A stretch of 59,208 nt of DNA, counting the filler, from Fonticula-like sp. SCN 57-25 (lineage: Eukaryota), in NCBI GenBank assembly GCA_001724245.1. It is 6 parts of 6 records of this genome, joined end to end, with 100 filler letters (N's around TTAATTAATTAA, not from the genome) between each part and the next. Parts side by side here need not be neighbours in the genome. Positions count along the whole stretch, not along the records: positions 18,541 to 27,679 come from MEDX01000269.1; positions 27,780 to 37,857 come from MEDX01000270.1; 4 more parts are not named here. The stretch is one strand, 5' to 3'. This document shows positions 20,554-33,865 of the stretch, piece by piece. Each line of letters starts with the position of its first letter. Positions within the stretch are counted from its first letter, which is position 1. The notes under the pieces were generated by a model that worked only from the letters and a program-made list of their open reading frames with translations, searched no databases and was not told where the DNA came from. The position numbers and the translations under genes were made by a program.

Positions 20554-23127
20554 ATGGGGACTGTGGCAGAGTCTTCGCTTTTGATGGAGATCCGCAACTC
20601 GCCAACCCTTGCGGCGCTCAAGGAGTCGCAATCAGGGCAGAGCGATCGTACGACACCCATCCTTGGCGCCCCACTTCGCATTGCCCTTACTGAGCGCGGT
20701 TTTAGATGGCCTGATCAGCAACGTGCAGCTTGTATCGAGCAGGCGCCTTCTCCAGCTGCTGCGTCAAGTCAACTCGGACCTCGTGCGCATCGTGCAATGT
20801 TGTGTGTTTGAATCTTACCGATGGCGTTCTAGGAAGTCGATCCGGAGGCGTCGACGCTTTTGTGCGCCATGGCCGAAGGGGCCATCAAGCGGATGCTCAA
20901 TGAGTGCGCCAAGGATGTGACGTTTCCTTCGACGTCGTCCGTTGACGGCGCCTACTTTCAAGTCCTGACGCCCAAGAGCAAGCTGGTCAAGCTCGCGCTG
21001 AGCTACGCGCGCAACAAGACGAACGCCTACCTGGCGAATCCCTCGACGAGCGATGTCATCCTCCCGATTGCGGGTGTGTTGGAGCTTGTTCAGGCGGCCA
21101 CGCTCTCTGATGGTGTTGTCTCGACGGACGTGCCGTCGATCACCGAGTGCGCGGCGTACCTCACCGCCGCCCTCGAGTACCTTTACATTGAGCTTCTCAA
21201 GGGCTGCCAGTCGCAGATTTGGAACAACCAGTTTAACCGCGCGGGCGCCGTGTCGACGTGCATCACGCCCGACGTCATCGACGGTGCGATCAACGCAAAG
21301 TTTGAGTGGCCGCGCCTTTTTAGCGAGCAGCCGTCCGAGGCCATGGACACCAACATGATGCTCCGCATTCTCGTGATCCCCGCGCGCGGCGACGCGATGC
21401 ACGTGGTCAAGATTGATACTGCGCAGACCGTGGCCGCCGTCTGCGACGAGCTCAAGCTTCAGGTGCGCGTGTCCGACGACCTCAAGTACTGCCTCTTCCT
21501 CCCGAGCGACGACACGGAAGAGTTCCACGGCATCTTCCTCGACCCCGCGCGCCGCCTCAACTCGTACCCCGGCGTGCGCCCCGACGCGCTGCTCGAGTAC
21601 CGCCCCGAGACGCGCTCGCAAATCATCTACACATCCGAGACCAAGTGCAAGGACTTTACGTTTGCCGAAAACATGACGGTCGAGCAGATCATCAAGATGG
21701 TGATCAACAAGGCGGGCATGCGCGACCACACGCGCTTTGGCCTGCTGCTTGTGAACGGCGACGACACGAGCTCGGTCAGCAGCGGCAACGGCGGGTCGGG
21801 CGTCGGCGGCGGTTTTGGCGGGAACGGCTCGACGCTGCGGTCGGGCAGCTCGTCTACGGTGAACGGCTTTGGCGGGAACGGCTCGACGCTGCGCTCGAGC
21901 AGCTCGGCAACGGTCAACGGCTCGTCATTGTCGCTCGGGCGCACGGCGAGCGATGACGGCTTTTCGACGGTGAACCGCAAGATGAACAAGGCGCGCCCCG
22001 TGTCGCACGCATTCGTCGTTGGCGGCGAGGGCGTCAACCGCGGCGGCAAGCCTGGCTCGCTGGTACAGACGGTGGACGTGCCGGCCATCTACCGGACGCA
22101 GCGCGGCAAGGGCGCGCTGATGGGCACGCTGACGCCCGGCACGCTGACTGACGCGCTCGTCGTCGAGACGACCGACCGCATGGACTGGCTCAACCCCTTC
22201 CAGTCGCTGCGCTCGCAGTCGGTCCAGGACGCCGACATTCTCCTGCTCGTGCGCCAAAAGAAGCACGAGTCCTTTTACGACCAGGTCAATGAGAACCCCG
22301 TGCGCGCGTGCGAAAAGCTGCAGGAGAACGCCGAGCAGCTCATCAAGTCGATGCTCGCCGCCATCGCCGACATGACGGCGTACAATGCGCTGCAAAAGGA
22401 GATTGCGCCGAGCCTCAGGCGCGAGCTCTCGCGGCCCTTTATCCGCCACATCACAAACGAGACGTGGGTGGCCGCGCAGTCCTTTATCCCGACGGGCAAG
22501 GAGCTGGACGACCACCTGGCGTACCGCGCGGATGACAAGGTGCTCGTGCTGCACAAGCAGGCGACGCGGTGGTACGGCACCATGGCCAACGCCGAGGGCT
22601 GGTTCAACCCCGCCAACGGCCGCGTCCCCAACGCGAGCGGCCTCCGCGGCCCGTCCAAGCCCGTCTTTATCGGCGTGCCAAAGGAGGCGCCCGCGCAGCT
22701 CCAGAGCAGCAGCAGCACAAGCCTCAACAAGAACGCGTCGGGCACCACGCTCGGCCGCAGCAACACGCTGCCGAGCAACAACCCCGTCGGACGGCCCTAC
22801 GAGGGCTTCCTCATGAAGAAAGGGCAGCGGTTCAACAAGTGGAAGCGGCAGTACTACCGCATCTACAGCAGGTCGCTCTGCGCGTACGCGTCGGAAAAGG
22901 ACAGGCCGCACGCGCCCGTCGCGGCGATCCCCATCACGGACGCAGAGGTCGGGCCCGTCACATCGGGGCCGCACCGCTCGCCAAACGCGTTCTTTGTGCG
23001 CACGGGCGGCAAGGAGCGCATCTTTATGACAGAGTCGGCAGAGCTCGTGCAGGCGTGGTGCCTCGCAATCAGGTCGGGCAAGTTGGGCGCCATCGGCATC
23101 CTCAACGCAAAGACCGTCAAGAACTAA
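20554..23127 (+). CDS. Multidomain protein: tandem H2B/H2A-like histone folds, talin-like F0-F1 ubiquitin-like domains, SH3, PH (~821 aa)
   Basis: Exons 20554-20647, 20706-20782, 20833-23127 in frame; LLQLLRQVNSDL (H2B-like), AAYLTAALEYLYIELLK and CITPDVIDGAI (H2A-like); YCLFLPSDD..GIFLDPARRLNSY..LLEYR and WLNPFQSLRSQSVQDADILLL (talin F0/F1-like); HLAYRADDKVLVL..RWYG..EGWF (SH3); EGFLMKKG..KWKRQYY..VQAWCLAI (PH). Confidence 0.8.
21811..21921 (+). repeat. Tandem duplication of 54 nt (GFGGNGSTLRSxSSxTVN x2) in the F1 insertion loop
   Basis: tttggcgggaacggctcgacgctgcg occurs twice 54 nt apart. Confidence 0.85.
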
Positions 23128-23440
23128 AGAATTAGGGGACGCGTGGCTGACGCCCTTTCCATCGACAATTTCATTCAGTTTCTTCCAATACTCGCGCGGC
23201 AGAGCAGTGCTTTGCCGGCGTATTTTGTAGTTTAGTTGTACTGTAACATCGACAAATGGATGAAATATACATGTTATCGAGTGAAAACATTATGTTATTG
23301 TAAAATTGAACAAGACATATGATAGCTCAATCTTGCATGGAAAAATATGAAGTGTATCCAAAAATTACCCAAATGGCAAGAACGAGGCACATCGCCGTAA
23401 GGATATGTAAAAGATATTAAAACAAACCCGCCCACTTGAA

Positions 23441-26400
23441 CTACACGCTCGGCTGCTTGGACTTGCCGAGCCCCAATGCCATCTCGGCCACGATATCAGC
23501 ATCGCGGAAATGGTACATCCTGTCATAGTACTTGAGCGCGTAGCGCGGCATGAGCGCGAGCACGACCGTCAAGAGCGTGACGAGGTACGGCGCCGCCTGC
23601 CCCAGAACCGAGTAGAGCAGGCCGTACATGTCGTAGGTGAGCTCGTTATTGGGCGGCACAAAACCGCCGACGAGGATATGGTAGATGAAGAACAACAGGA
23701 AGGATCCCCAGATGCTCGCGTGCGTAATCCACGTCCAGTTGTGGACGTTGAGCGCCATGGTAAAGATGGCGCAGATCACCGCGCACATGCAGATCACCAT
23801 CGAGATGTCGTACAGACCGTACGTGAAGCCGAGGTTGGTCATGGCGTTGTTCACGTACTCGAGGCCAAAGACGGGGCCGAGGTAGCAGATGGTGCCCTGC
23901 CAGCAGCCGTCAAGGATGGCGAGCCAAAAGAGGCGCGCATTGAAGCGCTTCCTCAAGATGCCGTCCTCGTACAGCCGCGGGTACATCAGCAGCTCCTTGG
24001 CGCCGAGCTCCTGATCGAGCACGGCGATGAAAATCGGGGGCAGCGACGTAAAGACAAGGTTGTAAAACATCTGTGCCAGCGAGCGTTAGCAGCAGCATTG
24101 ACAAAAGTTTGCCGCTTCGTACCTGGTACGAGTATTGGTAGACCATCTGGGCCGTGTAGCCGCACGAGAATTGAAAGAGAATCAGCGGCATGATAAAGAC
24201 AAAGTTTTTGTGGAAAAAGGTGAGCGACATGGCGGCGCTGTTGGTGTACGCCCAGCGGCCGTGGACGAGCAGCAGGTTTGCGAGGAAGCGGAACCGGCCA
24301 ATGGCAAAGTCGGACGAGTTCACGGCCTGGCGGCCCTCGTGGCCCGAAATGCCGACGCCGAGATGCGCGCGCTGAATCATGGCAACGTCGTTGGCGCCGT
24401 CGCCCACGGCGAGGCAGAGGCCCGTGCCCACCTTGGACTGTTGGACGACGCGGACAATGTCGGCCTTTTGGCGCGGCGCGACGCGGCAGCAAATCACAGA
24501 GTGGCACTTTGTGCTAACACGCACAAACTGGCCAGACAGCTCATCCGTCAGCGCATGTTTCAGCGCCGAGCCGTCAATCACCAAAAGGTTTGTCGTGCTC
24601 ACACCGGCTATTTGGCACAGAATTAGTAAATACATGCAGGCAAAACCTCAATAAATAGCAAGACGTACAGCGAATGTGGTCCTCGGCATTCTTGAGCGCC
24701 TCCCGCACTGCCTCCATGTTGCGCCCGACAATCTTGTGGACCATGACGCCGCTCGTGGTGGCGGGCGGGAAGAGGTGGCACGTGTAGGCAATGTTGACGG
24801 CGGTCTCCAGCTTGTCGCCGGTGAGCATCCAGACGTGCATGCCAGCGTCGAGCAGGTCCGAGATTGTCTCGGGCACGCCGAGCTGGAGCTCGTCCTCGAT
24901 CGCCGTCGCGCCGAGAAGGATCAGGTTGCACTCGAGCTGCGCGGCGAGCTCGGCCACGCGCTGGTCGCGGTTGACCGTGTCGGCGTTGGCCTTTTCGAGC
25001 TCGGCGGCCCACTCCTGGTAGGTCGCCTCGGGCAGCTTGCGCATGGCGAGCACGAGCGTACGGAGGCCGATGCTGGCAAACTCGTCGAGGTGGCTCTGCG
25101 TCTCGAGAACGAGCTTTTGGTCGTTGCGCTCGTCGAGCAGCTCCATGATGACCGTGTCGGCGCCCTTGCAGTACACGTAGAGGCTGCCGTCGGGCATGCG
25201 CGCGACGACGCTCATGCGCTTACGGTCAGAGTCAAAGGCGATCTCGTGCAGGATCTCGACCGTCATCGGCACGCCCTCGAGCAAAACGTCGATCGTGCCA
25301 CGGGCGCGGCCCAGGAACACGTAGCCAAAGTTCTTGGAGGCAGAGACGAGCGCCCCTTCGTCCGGCGACGAGGCGTTGTAGTCGAGCGAGCCAGGGAGCC
25401 TGTCTCCCGCCTTCTTCACCACGACAGAGTGGCAGATGGCCAGCGTGCGCATGTAGTGCCGCAGCAGGAACGCGCGCGACTGCGAGCCGCGCGTCCAGTC
25501 AACAGTGTCCGCGTCAACGGCGTCCGGCTGGAGCGCAACATCGACGAGCGCGTCCCTCAATGCCAGATCGCTAAAGTTGAACTCGTCGTCCGTGTAGTCA
25601 AAGGCCTCGGGCTTGGGGTGGCGCGCGCGCGCGTCGGCAATGTCGCTGCGCCACGTGGGGTAACGCGCAAACTGGGACGTCTCGCCGTTGGCCGACACGC
25701 TCCGAAGCTCGCCAGAGGCGGACGGCGAGGCGTGCGACGCCGAGGGGTCAATCATCAGGCCGTACTTGATGCCGGCAATCGAGCACTGCCGCAGCTTCAT
25801 CTCATTGGACGTCAGCGTGCCGGTCTTGTCCGAAAAGATGTACTCAATCTGGCCGAGGTTGTCGCTGAGGTTCCACGAGCGAGGCACGCAGTGCTTGTCG
25901 CCGTAGCGCATCGAGTCGGCCTGGCCAATAAAGTACGCCTGGCACAGCTTCACGACCTCGACGGAGGCGTACAGCGCAATCGGCACAAGGTTCTGCGTGA
26001 TCAAGAGCATCGTCCTGCGCGGCCTATCAGCAAAGGAGCAGCACAAAAGGGAGAAGAGCGTACCAGAACGTGTAAAAGCTCACCAGCTTTCCGTCTCCGC
26101 TGTGGTCGAAAAAGATCGACACGCGGCCCGTGGGCGACGTCAAAAGAGTGTTGGTCTGCCTGCGCCACACCATCTGCAGGATGGAAACAAGGATGGCAAA
26201 GGCAATCTGGATGCCGAAAATGATCAAAATCTGCGGGTTCATGTTCTTTTCGATGCGCGAGCGCTTGGACGGCGTCTTGCCGCTGTTGAGCATGATCTTC
26301 GTGTCCGCGCCCGTGTAGGCCACCACGCCGTTGACAAACTCGGTGCTGCGGACGACGCAGCCGCGGAAGAGAACCGCCTGCAGGTCGAGCGCCACGGCAA

Positions 26401-27248
26401 CGTTGTCGGGCGTCGTGCACACACCGCTAAAGTGGTACATGTCCGCCACCGGCCTGTCCACGTGGATCGAGGCAGCGAGCGTGGAGAGCTCCTCGGCGGT
26501 CACAAGGGACTTTGTGCTCGAGATGGATAGGCGCGTCTTGACGTTGGTTTCGCCGTCCAGGTTTCTCGTCTCTACATAGCACTCGCCGTCGGGCGACGAT
26601 GAGGAAAGGCAGATAATGTCCGCCGGGATACTCTCGTCCATCTCCAGGCGAACAATGTCGCCGACTTTAAGGGCCTCCCAGTGCGTCTTGACCCACGCGC
26701 CATCCTTGAGCGTGTGCGTCGTGCTGCGGTTGATCTCAATGTCCGACTTCCACCGCTTCATATCCTCGTACATGTCCTTGAGGGCAGTCGCGCCAAGAAC
26801 AATCACGAGCGGGACGGCGGCCTACGCGGCGATATGGTCAGTACCAAAAGAGGGGGGGGGCGATCATGCGTACGATGCCGGCGGGCCATGCTCGGAGTTC
26901 GGGAATGAGCTGAAGGATTAGCATGATTAAAAAGTAAAAATTGGCCACACGGCGAAACTGCTCAAACAGATTCTTGGGCAAAAAAGTTAAAACGTTGTAC
27001 TTTGCCGTCACTACCTTGTTCGAGCAAAAGATGTCCGTGTCTTCCGACGGCAACGGTGGCGGGAAGGAGATCACGCGGCTCCCGTGGTTGAACTCCTTCT
27101 TGTCCCACGGCATCTTTAAAGATGTGGGCAGCCATTTAAACCACGATTTTCTCGGTTGCTCCTCGATCTCAAACTCGGCCACCGGCGCTGCCCCTTTGAG
27201 CTCGGCCGGCGCGGCGCCCACGTTGCTTGATGACGGATCCGTCGTCAT
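23441..27248 (-). CDS. P4-type ATPase (phospholipid flippase), multi-exon
   Basis: [66 protein letters not shown]. Confidence 0.95.
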
Positions 27249-27679
27249 TCCCACGGCGGAAGCCACGCGCGTCACCTCTACCGAATCTGGATTCGCGAAA
27301 CGATTGGAGGTGTCCCCAAGCTCTAAACTAACTTGCTGGGTCCACAACCAAAATGAGGGGACAGATCGCCAAGGCAGGGGGCGTGCGCCACTTGCTCTGG
27401 ATCGTTCGGTCGCGCGGTCGATGGCCTGGCTCCGCCGGACTATAAATCGGCCAATGTGCTCGCGCGCCAATCAGATCGCGATCTATATTTACGCATCGGC
27501 ATTACGTAGGAATTTTGCAAACTAGACGCAGTTTGCAGGTGGGTTTGCTTGTCGGCGCGCCAAATGTTGCGCATCGAGGGCGACCCGCGTCACTTTGACG
27601 ACGATGGCGTCGCGACAGAGACGAGCGAGGTGCAGGTGCGGCATGGGCGGTCGGCGTGCATGGTGTGTGCTAACCTCGG

Positions 27680-27779
27680 NNNNNNNNNNNNNNNNNNNNN
27701 NNNNNNNNNNNNNNNNNNNNNNNTTAATTAATTAANNNNNNNNNNNNNNNNNNNNNNNNNNNNNNNNNNNNNNNNNNNN
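27680..27779. other. Artificial contig linker
   Basis: 44N-TTAATTAATTAA-44N. Confidence 0.98.
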
Positions 27780-28303
27780 AGGATCTCCCACCGATGTCGA
27801 AACATGGCGAGCGGTCACTCGGATCAGGCTACAAGCACTGGGGCGCCAAGCCCATATAAAGGCGGTAGACCCGGCAACCAAGCGCGACCGATTTCCTCCG
27901 CGGACTATTGGCCGTGTGACTAGCCCAACTACGCCACTCTGCGCCAAGGCGTTGGTTGGTGCAGCCAAGCCAACGAACCAAAAAAGGGGGAGAGGTTGAT
28001 GCCTAGCGGCTCCCCTGAAGAGCGTCAGCGCAAATGCCCGATTCAGACACTGGAGTGCCGGGAAAAAGCTATGCGCAAAGAGCGGTCAGTCGGGGCTGTG
28101 ATCGCGGCCGACTTTGCGACGCACCTGACAACCCCCGCGCGCGGCAAATTTCAATATTTGTCCGTTTCTTCGGCGGCGATGACCGAAGCGGCCACGTTGA
28201 ATTTGGTCCCCAGACTCCAGGGTGGATTGTTAAGTCCCGATTCAGGGGCCGGACTCTTGGGTGGATTGACGCCAGATTCAGGGGTGGATTTTGAACTGCT
28301 AGG

Positions 28304-29791
28304 ATGTCGACCGGGGAGGCGGGCGAATGGACCGCGCTGGAGCGCCTGGCGCTCGCGCAGGCGATCTACCGGTTTGGCGAGTCGTGGCCGACGATTAGCA
28401 GGACATTGAGGCAGCACCCGGCGTTGATACAGCAGAGCAACCACTTTCGGTTGCCGCGCGTTCAGTCGTTCTACTCGCAAAAGGTGCGCGTCGATCGTTT
28501 GATGCTACTGCTAAACGGTTGGGTAGAACTGCGCGCTAGAGTATTCAAAGTTGCTAGCTGCGCTTGAGGGCCAGCGCAAGACCAAGCGCTCGGTTGACCC
28601 GACATCGCAGGAAATCCCGCCCCTAATGCGCCTTCTCCGCAACCTCTTTACGCAGCGCGTCGAAGAGATCAACACCGCAATCCAGAACGACGAGAATGAG
28701 TTTTCGTGCGCATCTTCTTTTGCTGCCCCGCGCGTGTTCCGTTTTCTTATTTCTTTTTCCTTTTTTCTAGTAAACTATTGGCCGAGTATGAGTCGATCAA
28801 GCGCGGCGAGCAGGACCATCGCCTCGGCGAGCTGCAGAGTGAGCTTGGCTTGTCGCTGACGGCGCATGCTGCGCAGCCGAGCGGCACCGCGTCCGCCACG
28901 GGCACGCCCGAGCCCGGCGAGTCTGTGAACGGGACGCCCGCCGCTGGCGAGCCTGCCAAGGCGGCGACCGAGGAGCCCAAGCAAGAGCAGGCCGAGGTCA
29001 AGCAGGAAGAGGTGGAGCAGGAAGAGGAAGCGGAACAGTCAACGGCAGACGACGCGCGCGCCGCCGAGACGCCCGCCAAGGAAGAGGCGGACGCCGTTGA
29101 GGAGGACGAGCTGGCTGAGAGCATTTCTGACCGGCTGCACGACGCGACGCCTGCGACGCCCGACGCGCGGACGCCCGCCCAGGCTCCCTCGACCGACGAC
29201 CGCAAGGACGACGAGGACGAGGAGGAGGCCAAGCGCCACAAGGCGTGGAAAAAAAACATTTTGGCGCTGCTGCGCGAGCTTGCCGCGCACCGCTACGCGC
29301 CCGTTTTCCTGACGGCGGTCAAGGAGGAGAGCGAACCGCTCTACTACCGCGCCGTCAAGCAGCCGCTCGATCTGACTCTCATCAAGCAGCGCGTCCAGGA
29401 AGGGGTATGGACGAATTTGATTTTTTTAAAACTCTTTATTGACTTTTTGGACTCCCCACTTGAAGTCGCTGCGGACCATTGACGAGTTCCATCGCGATGT
29501 GCTGCACCTGTTCCAGAACGCGCTCATGTACAACAACGACTACCACGAGATCTACGAGATGGCCGTCGAGATGATTGCCGAGCTCGAGCGCCTCGTGGCA
29601 GACTTTAGGAGCGCGCAGGCCGCCATCGCTACAGAGGTGCGACCCTTTTTTGTTTGTATTGCTTCTAATGTTTCGTCTAGGTTGAGGAGCCCACGTCGGT
29701 CAAGCGGTCGCGCAAGGCCGGTGGCGACTCGCCCGCTGCCGAGCCGAGCACGCCAGTCGGTGTTACTACCTCGCGCAAGCGGCGCCGGTGA
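28304..29791 (+). CDS. BRD8: BRD8-like bromodomain protein (NuA4/TIP60-associated), multi-exon
   Basis: N-terminal SANT-like WTALERLALAQAIYRFGESWPTISRTL; bromodomain HRYAPVFLTAV..YYRAVKQPLDL..EFHRDVLHLFQNALMYN; C-terminal RKRRR. Confidence 0.85.
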
Positions 29792-29950
29792 GCCGCCGAT
29801 CCGGCACAGAAAAGATCATTTTGTTGTTTCATTAATGTATTACAATCAGTTTGAAGAGCGCGACCCGCCGCCCCATGCACTACCCTACGAACTGTACATG
29901 TCCAGTCACTAAATCAGAGCCTAAAGTTGGGGTAAATACTACACTTTTCC

Positions 29951-31532
29951 TCAGTGCGAAAGCGGCGCAATCTTCTTGTCCGTGCGGTGCTTGAAGACGA
30001 CGTTGAGCCCGTTGTCCATGGGGCTTGTGAGGTTGAGCCTGATCTTGAACTTTTGCCCAGGCACGAGCTCGAACGTGTACCTCTGCAGGACCATTGCGAG
30101 CACCATGCTCTCCTCGAGGTAGGCCATGTTCTGCCCGAGGCACGTGCGCGGCCCCGCCTGGAAGGCGCTAAACTTGTACGCGGACGGCTTGACGCGCTTG
30201 ATGCCGCCGTCCTCCTCGCGCAAAAAGCGCTCGGGCTTGAAAGAGCGCGCGTCGGGACCCCAGATGTCGGTGCACCTGCCCATGCCGTAGGGAAAGTAGA
30301 CGACGGCGGCGCCGGCCGGCACGACCGTTCCGTCGGGAAGCGTGTCCTGCTTACGCGCAATCTTGGGGTCGCGCGGCACCGACGGGTAGAGGCGCACCGA
30401 CTCGGAGATGACGGCGTACATGTAGTCCATTGCCTGGACGTCGCGGAAGGACGGAATATCGTCGCCGACCACGTCGTCGACCTCGGCGCGGAGGCGGGCG
30501 CACACTTCGGGGTGCTGCGCGAGCAGCATGATGGTCCACGTGAGCGACTGCGCCGTCGTGTCGCGGCCCGCCAGGATAATGTTGAGCACCATGTCGGTGA
30601 GAAAGTCGTCCGTGAATTCGTTGCCGTTCTCGTCGCGGCGGTTGAGCATGAGCGTCAGAAGGTCGGCCTTGTCGGCCGCCGACCCGTCGCGGATCGCGGC
30701 GCGGCGATCGCGCACGATCTCGGACGCAAACTCCTTGATGAACGGAATGTCCACCTTGATCTTTTTGCCGCCGGCAGAGTACGGCATGAGCGCGCGGATC
30801 GGGCTGAAGAAGCGGAAGACAATGTGCTCGTTGGTGCGGTCCCACGCGGCGGCAAAGGCGTTGTGCTCGTCCTTGAGCGAGCCAATGTTGCGGCCAAAGG
30901 CAATGTCGCCGATAGAGTCGAGCGTGAAGCGGTGGAAAATGTTTTGCGCGTCGATGGGCGTGCCGAGCGAGGCGTCGAGGATGGAGACGAGCTCGCGGCC
31001 GTGCGTCTGGAAGACGTCGGTCATGTTCGTCTCAAAGTTACGCACGTTGAACAGCGTGCTCGTGATCTTGCGCTGCGAGTACCACTTGTCGCCGTCGACG
31101 GCAAAGATGCCCGTGCCAAGAACGTCGCTAACGCGCTCTGTAAAGTACTCGCCCTTGACGTAGTTTTCAAAGTTAACCTTAAGGATGTGCTCGACGTTGG
31201 CGGGGTCGATCGTCACGATGAAGAGAGGCTGGCTCGGAATGCGCGCCGAAAAGGTCGTCACCTTGTCCTCGTCCATCAGGTTCAAAACAAGCGTGTCAAG
31301 CTCGAGGTTGATGCGCAGGAAGCGGTACTACAAAAACAGTCAGCCTCATCCCAATCTGCGCAGAGCAGCGTACCAGCAAGTACGTGACGCCATACGGCGC
31401 GGGCGATACCTTGACGCCGTTGTAGTAGGGGCGGCGGAACGCAGCCAGCAGGTAGGTGGTGCACAGCGCTACCAGCACGAGGCCCCACGTGGGAAGCTGC
31501 ACCACCGACGACAGCACATCAAAGGCGACCAT
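29951..31532 (-). CDS. Cytochrome P450, CYP86 clan-like (CYP704/CYP94-type, putative fatty acid omega-hydroxylase)
   Basis: N-terminal TM, DPANVEHILK.NFENY.KG, AGRDTT, ESVRLYPSVP, KPERF, FQAGPRTCLG heme motif; one intron. Confidence 0.92.
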
Positions 31533-31804
31533 GGCGGCGGCCCAGCAGCGGTTCTACAGTGGAAGTGATAGTGCGGAGGGTCCGATCGGTGTTTGGACAA
31601 ATGGTACGCGCGATTTGATTGGTCGGCTATCCCAATTTGGCAGTGAGCTATAAACAGATAACGCCAAGACGAGCTGAAGAAAGGAGACTGTCAAAAGAGA
31701 GTCATAAGAGACACACAAAGTGATATTGTAAAACACTTAACAAAACATTATAGTATTGCAAAAAGAGTACATGGGTATGCATTCAAATCTTTCTTGGTCG
31801 CCCA

Positions 31805-32717
31805 TCATTCGATGGGGTCCAAGAGGCCAGAGGCGATGAGGGCATCGACGGCGTGCGTAAAAGAGTCGCAGACGGCGTCGGGCGGCGTCGGCGCGCGCGT
31901 CTCGTCCCCGCTCCGGTATTTTCCTGTCTTTACAAGGATGCCCGCGAGGCCCGCCTCCTGCGCGCCAAACACGTCGTCGAGTGCGTCGTCGCCGATCATG
32001 ACGGCGGTGGCGGGCGACGCGCCCAGCCGCGACAGCACCGTGTGGAAGAAGGACCGCGACGGTTTGCCGACGACCTCGGCGGTGCGCCCCGTCGAGAACT
32101 CAAGGGCAGAGACAAAGGCACCAGCGCCGAGCGCGAGGCCGTCAGTGCGCTCGTAGTAGCGAGACTTGTTGAGGGCGATGAAGGCGGCGTCCGGATTCGA
32201 GTTGAGCAGCCGGAACGCCGCATTCAACTGCAAACGCATTAGCAAACAAAATAGACGCGAATAGACGAATGGCAGCAATACAAAAATGACAATGTCCGTA
32301 CGTGTGCATAGTCAAACTGGGCAGGGGCGAGCCCGACGACGACGGCGTTGGGATCGGCCGTGTCGACCCCATCAAACTGCTTACGCGCATCATCGCTAAG
32401 GAACAGTAGTGGACGGAGCCGCCGGCTCTCAACGAGGGTGCGCGCCGCAGACAGAGAAGTGACAACCTCATCTTCACCGACGGCAAAGCCGATCGACCGC
32501 AGGCGCGTCATCAGCGACGCGCCGCTCTCCTTGGTGGTATTGGAAACGAAAAAGACGCGCACGCCCGACTGCCGCAACCGATCAAGCGCCTGCACAGCAC
32601 CATCTATGGGCGAACTATCTATATGGAGCGTTCTGCGCGCCTTAGCTTTGGTCCAGGGGTCGCCGAAACATACCCGCTCAGATCCACCAGAACAGTCGAC
32701 ACCCGCCTCGACAACAT
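31805..32717 (-). CDS. HDHD2: HAD-superfamily hydrolase HDHD2/LHPP-like
   Basis: VLVDLSG|TLHI, FVSNTTKES, PNAVVVGLAP, LALGAGAFVSALE, VVGKP, MIGDD, GILVKTGKYR. Confidence 0.9.
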
Positions 32718-33865
32718 GTTGACGATCGATCACGTGGCCACGACCGTCTGCCGAGGATGACAAAGACCAGAATGCTACCTATGGACCGCACAGAGCCTTA
32801 GGACTGGTATTAGTGCTTGTAGTGGTTTGTTAACTAGCCGCGGAGGCCATCCGCCGGCCCACCGTGCGCAACTACCCCTGTCTCGTGCCGCATTACACCC
32901 GCCAGACAACCGCGGCAAGTTTCGCCTTCCCACACATTTCGATTGCGTCATCCAGCGCCACATGTGGTTCTCGGGGTGGCCGCATTTCTGTCCCCCCAAA
33001 GTTGTTTTCTTGGATAACCGAAAGCGCGGGTGTCTCTAGTGCCGCGTTGCGCGACAAGGGAGAACCTCGCTCGCGCATTTCCCTTTTTGCGTGCATTCGT
33101 ACCTGGGGAATTTTCGTCCTCGCGGAGCAGAGAGAGCGCGGGCGTTTCTCTCTCTTTTGAGCCTACTTTTATCTGTCGCCGCATCCCGCGGTCCAACCTT
33201 TGTACGTGCGTGAGGATCCCGTCTGGTCCGCCGCAACCCCGGTTGGTTGAGAGCAAGCTTCACCGTTGCTCCTCGCGGAGAGACAATTGTACCACTAGCT
33301 GTACCACTAGCAAGTGTTTTCTTCCTCGTTTTTTTCTTGACTTTTCTCCTGTATTTCCCTGCCGCCCTTTTGCGAGAGCGGTCTAGCCTGTCGATAGGCA
33401 AAGGAATCCCCCGTTTGGCATTGGTCAGACGACTGTAACGGGGACAAGGACTCGAGGCTGTACTTTTTCTATTTACGCTTCCTAGAAGGTCATTAGGTAC
33501 GTCACGGTTTGAGGGAAGACATCGTGTGGTTTGTGGGCGTCGTATCCTCGTGACCTTGGTGACCTTGGGGCGCGGGGGTGGGATCGAGGGGGTTTGTGTG
33601 ATGGCCCCGTGCGCTAGGCGCGTGAAAATGAAAAATGATACGGAGGCAGAAAAAGGGAGCGCCTGGTTAAGCTTCCTCTGCTCTTTGTCGGCCCTGTGTG
33701 TTGCTTTGTTTGTGAGGGTTTCCGCGTTTCCCGTCTTTGTTTGTCGATCTGTCGACTTTTTTTGCACCCATCTTGGCTCCCTGTAACTCTACAGCGAGCT
33801 CCCCTTTACGCCCCGCCCCTTTTTCTAACGCATGCCGTGAAAACCACTAGACCACACCACACTTA

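Noticed and set aside
20554-21320. Histone doublet as a viral (Marseillevirus-like) or true nucleosomal histone
   Set aside because: No basic tails, highly divergent, intron-containing and fused to signalling domains; better explained as an SOS-type histone-fold module
27564-27679. Possible first exon (MLRIEGDPRHFDDDG...) followed by a GTGCGG donor
   Set aside because: Cut by the contig end and too short to assign
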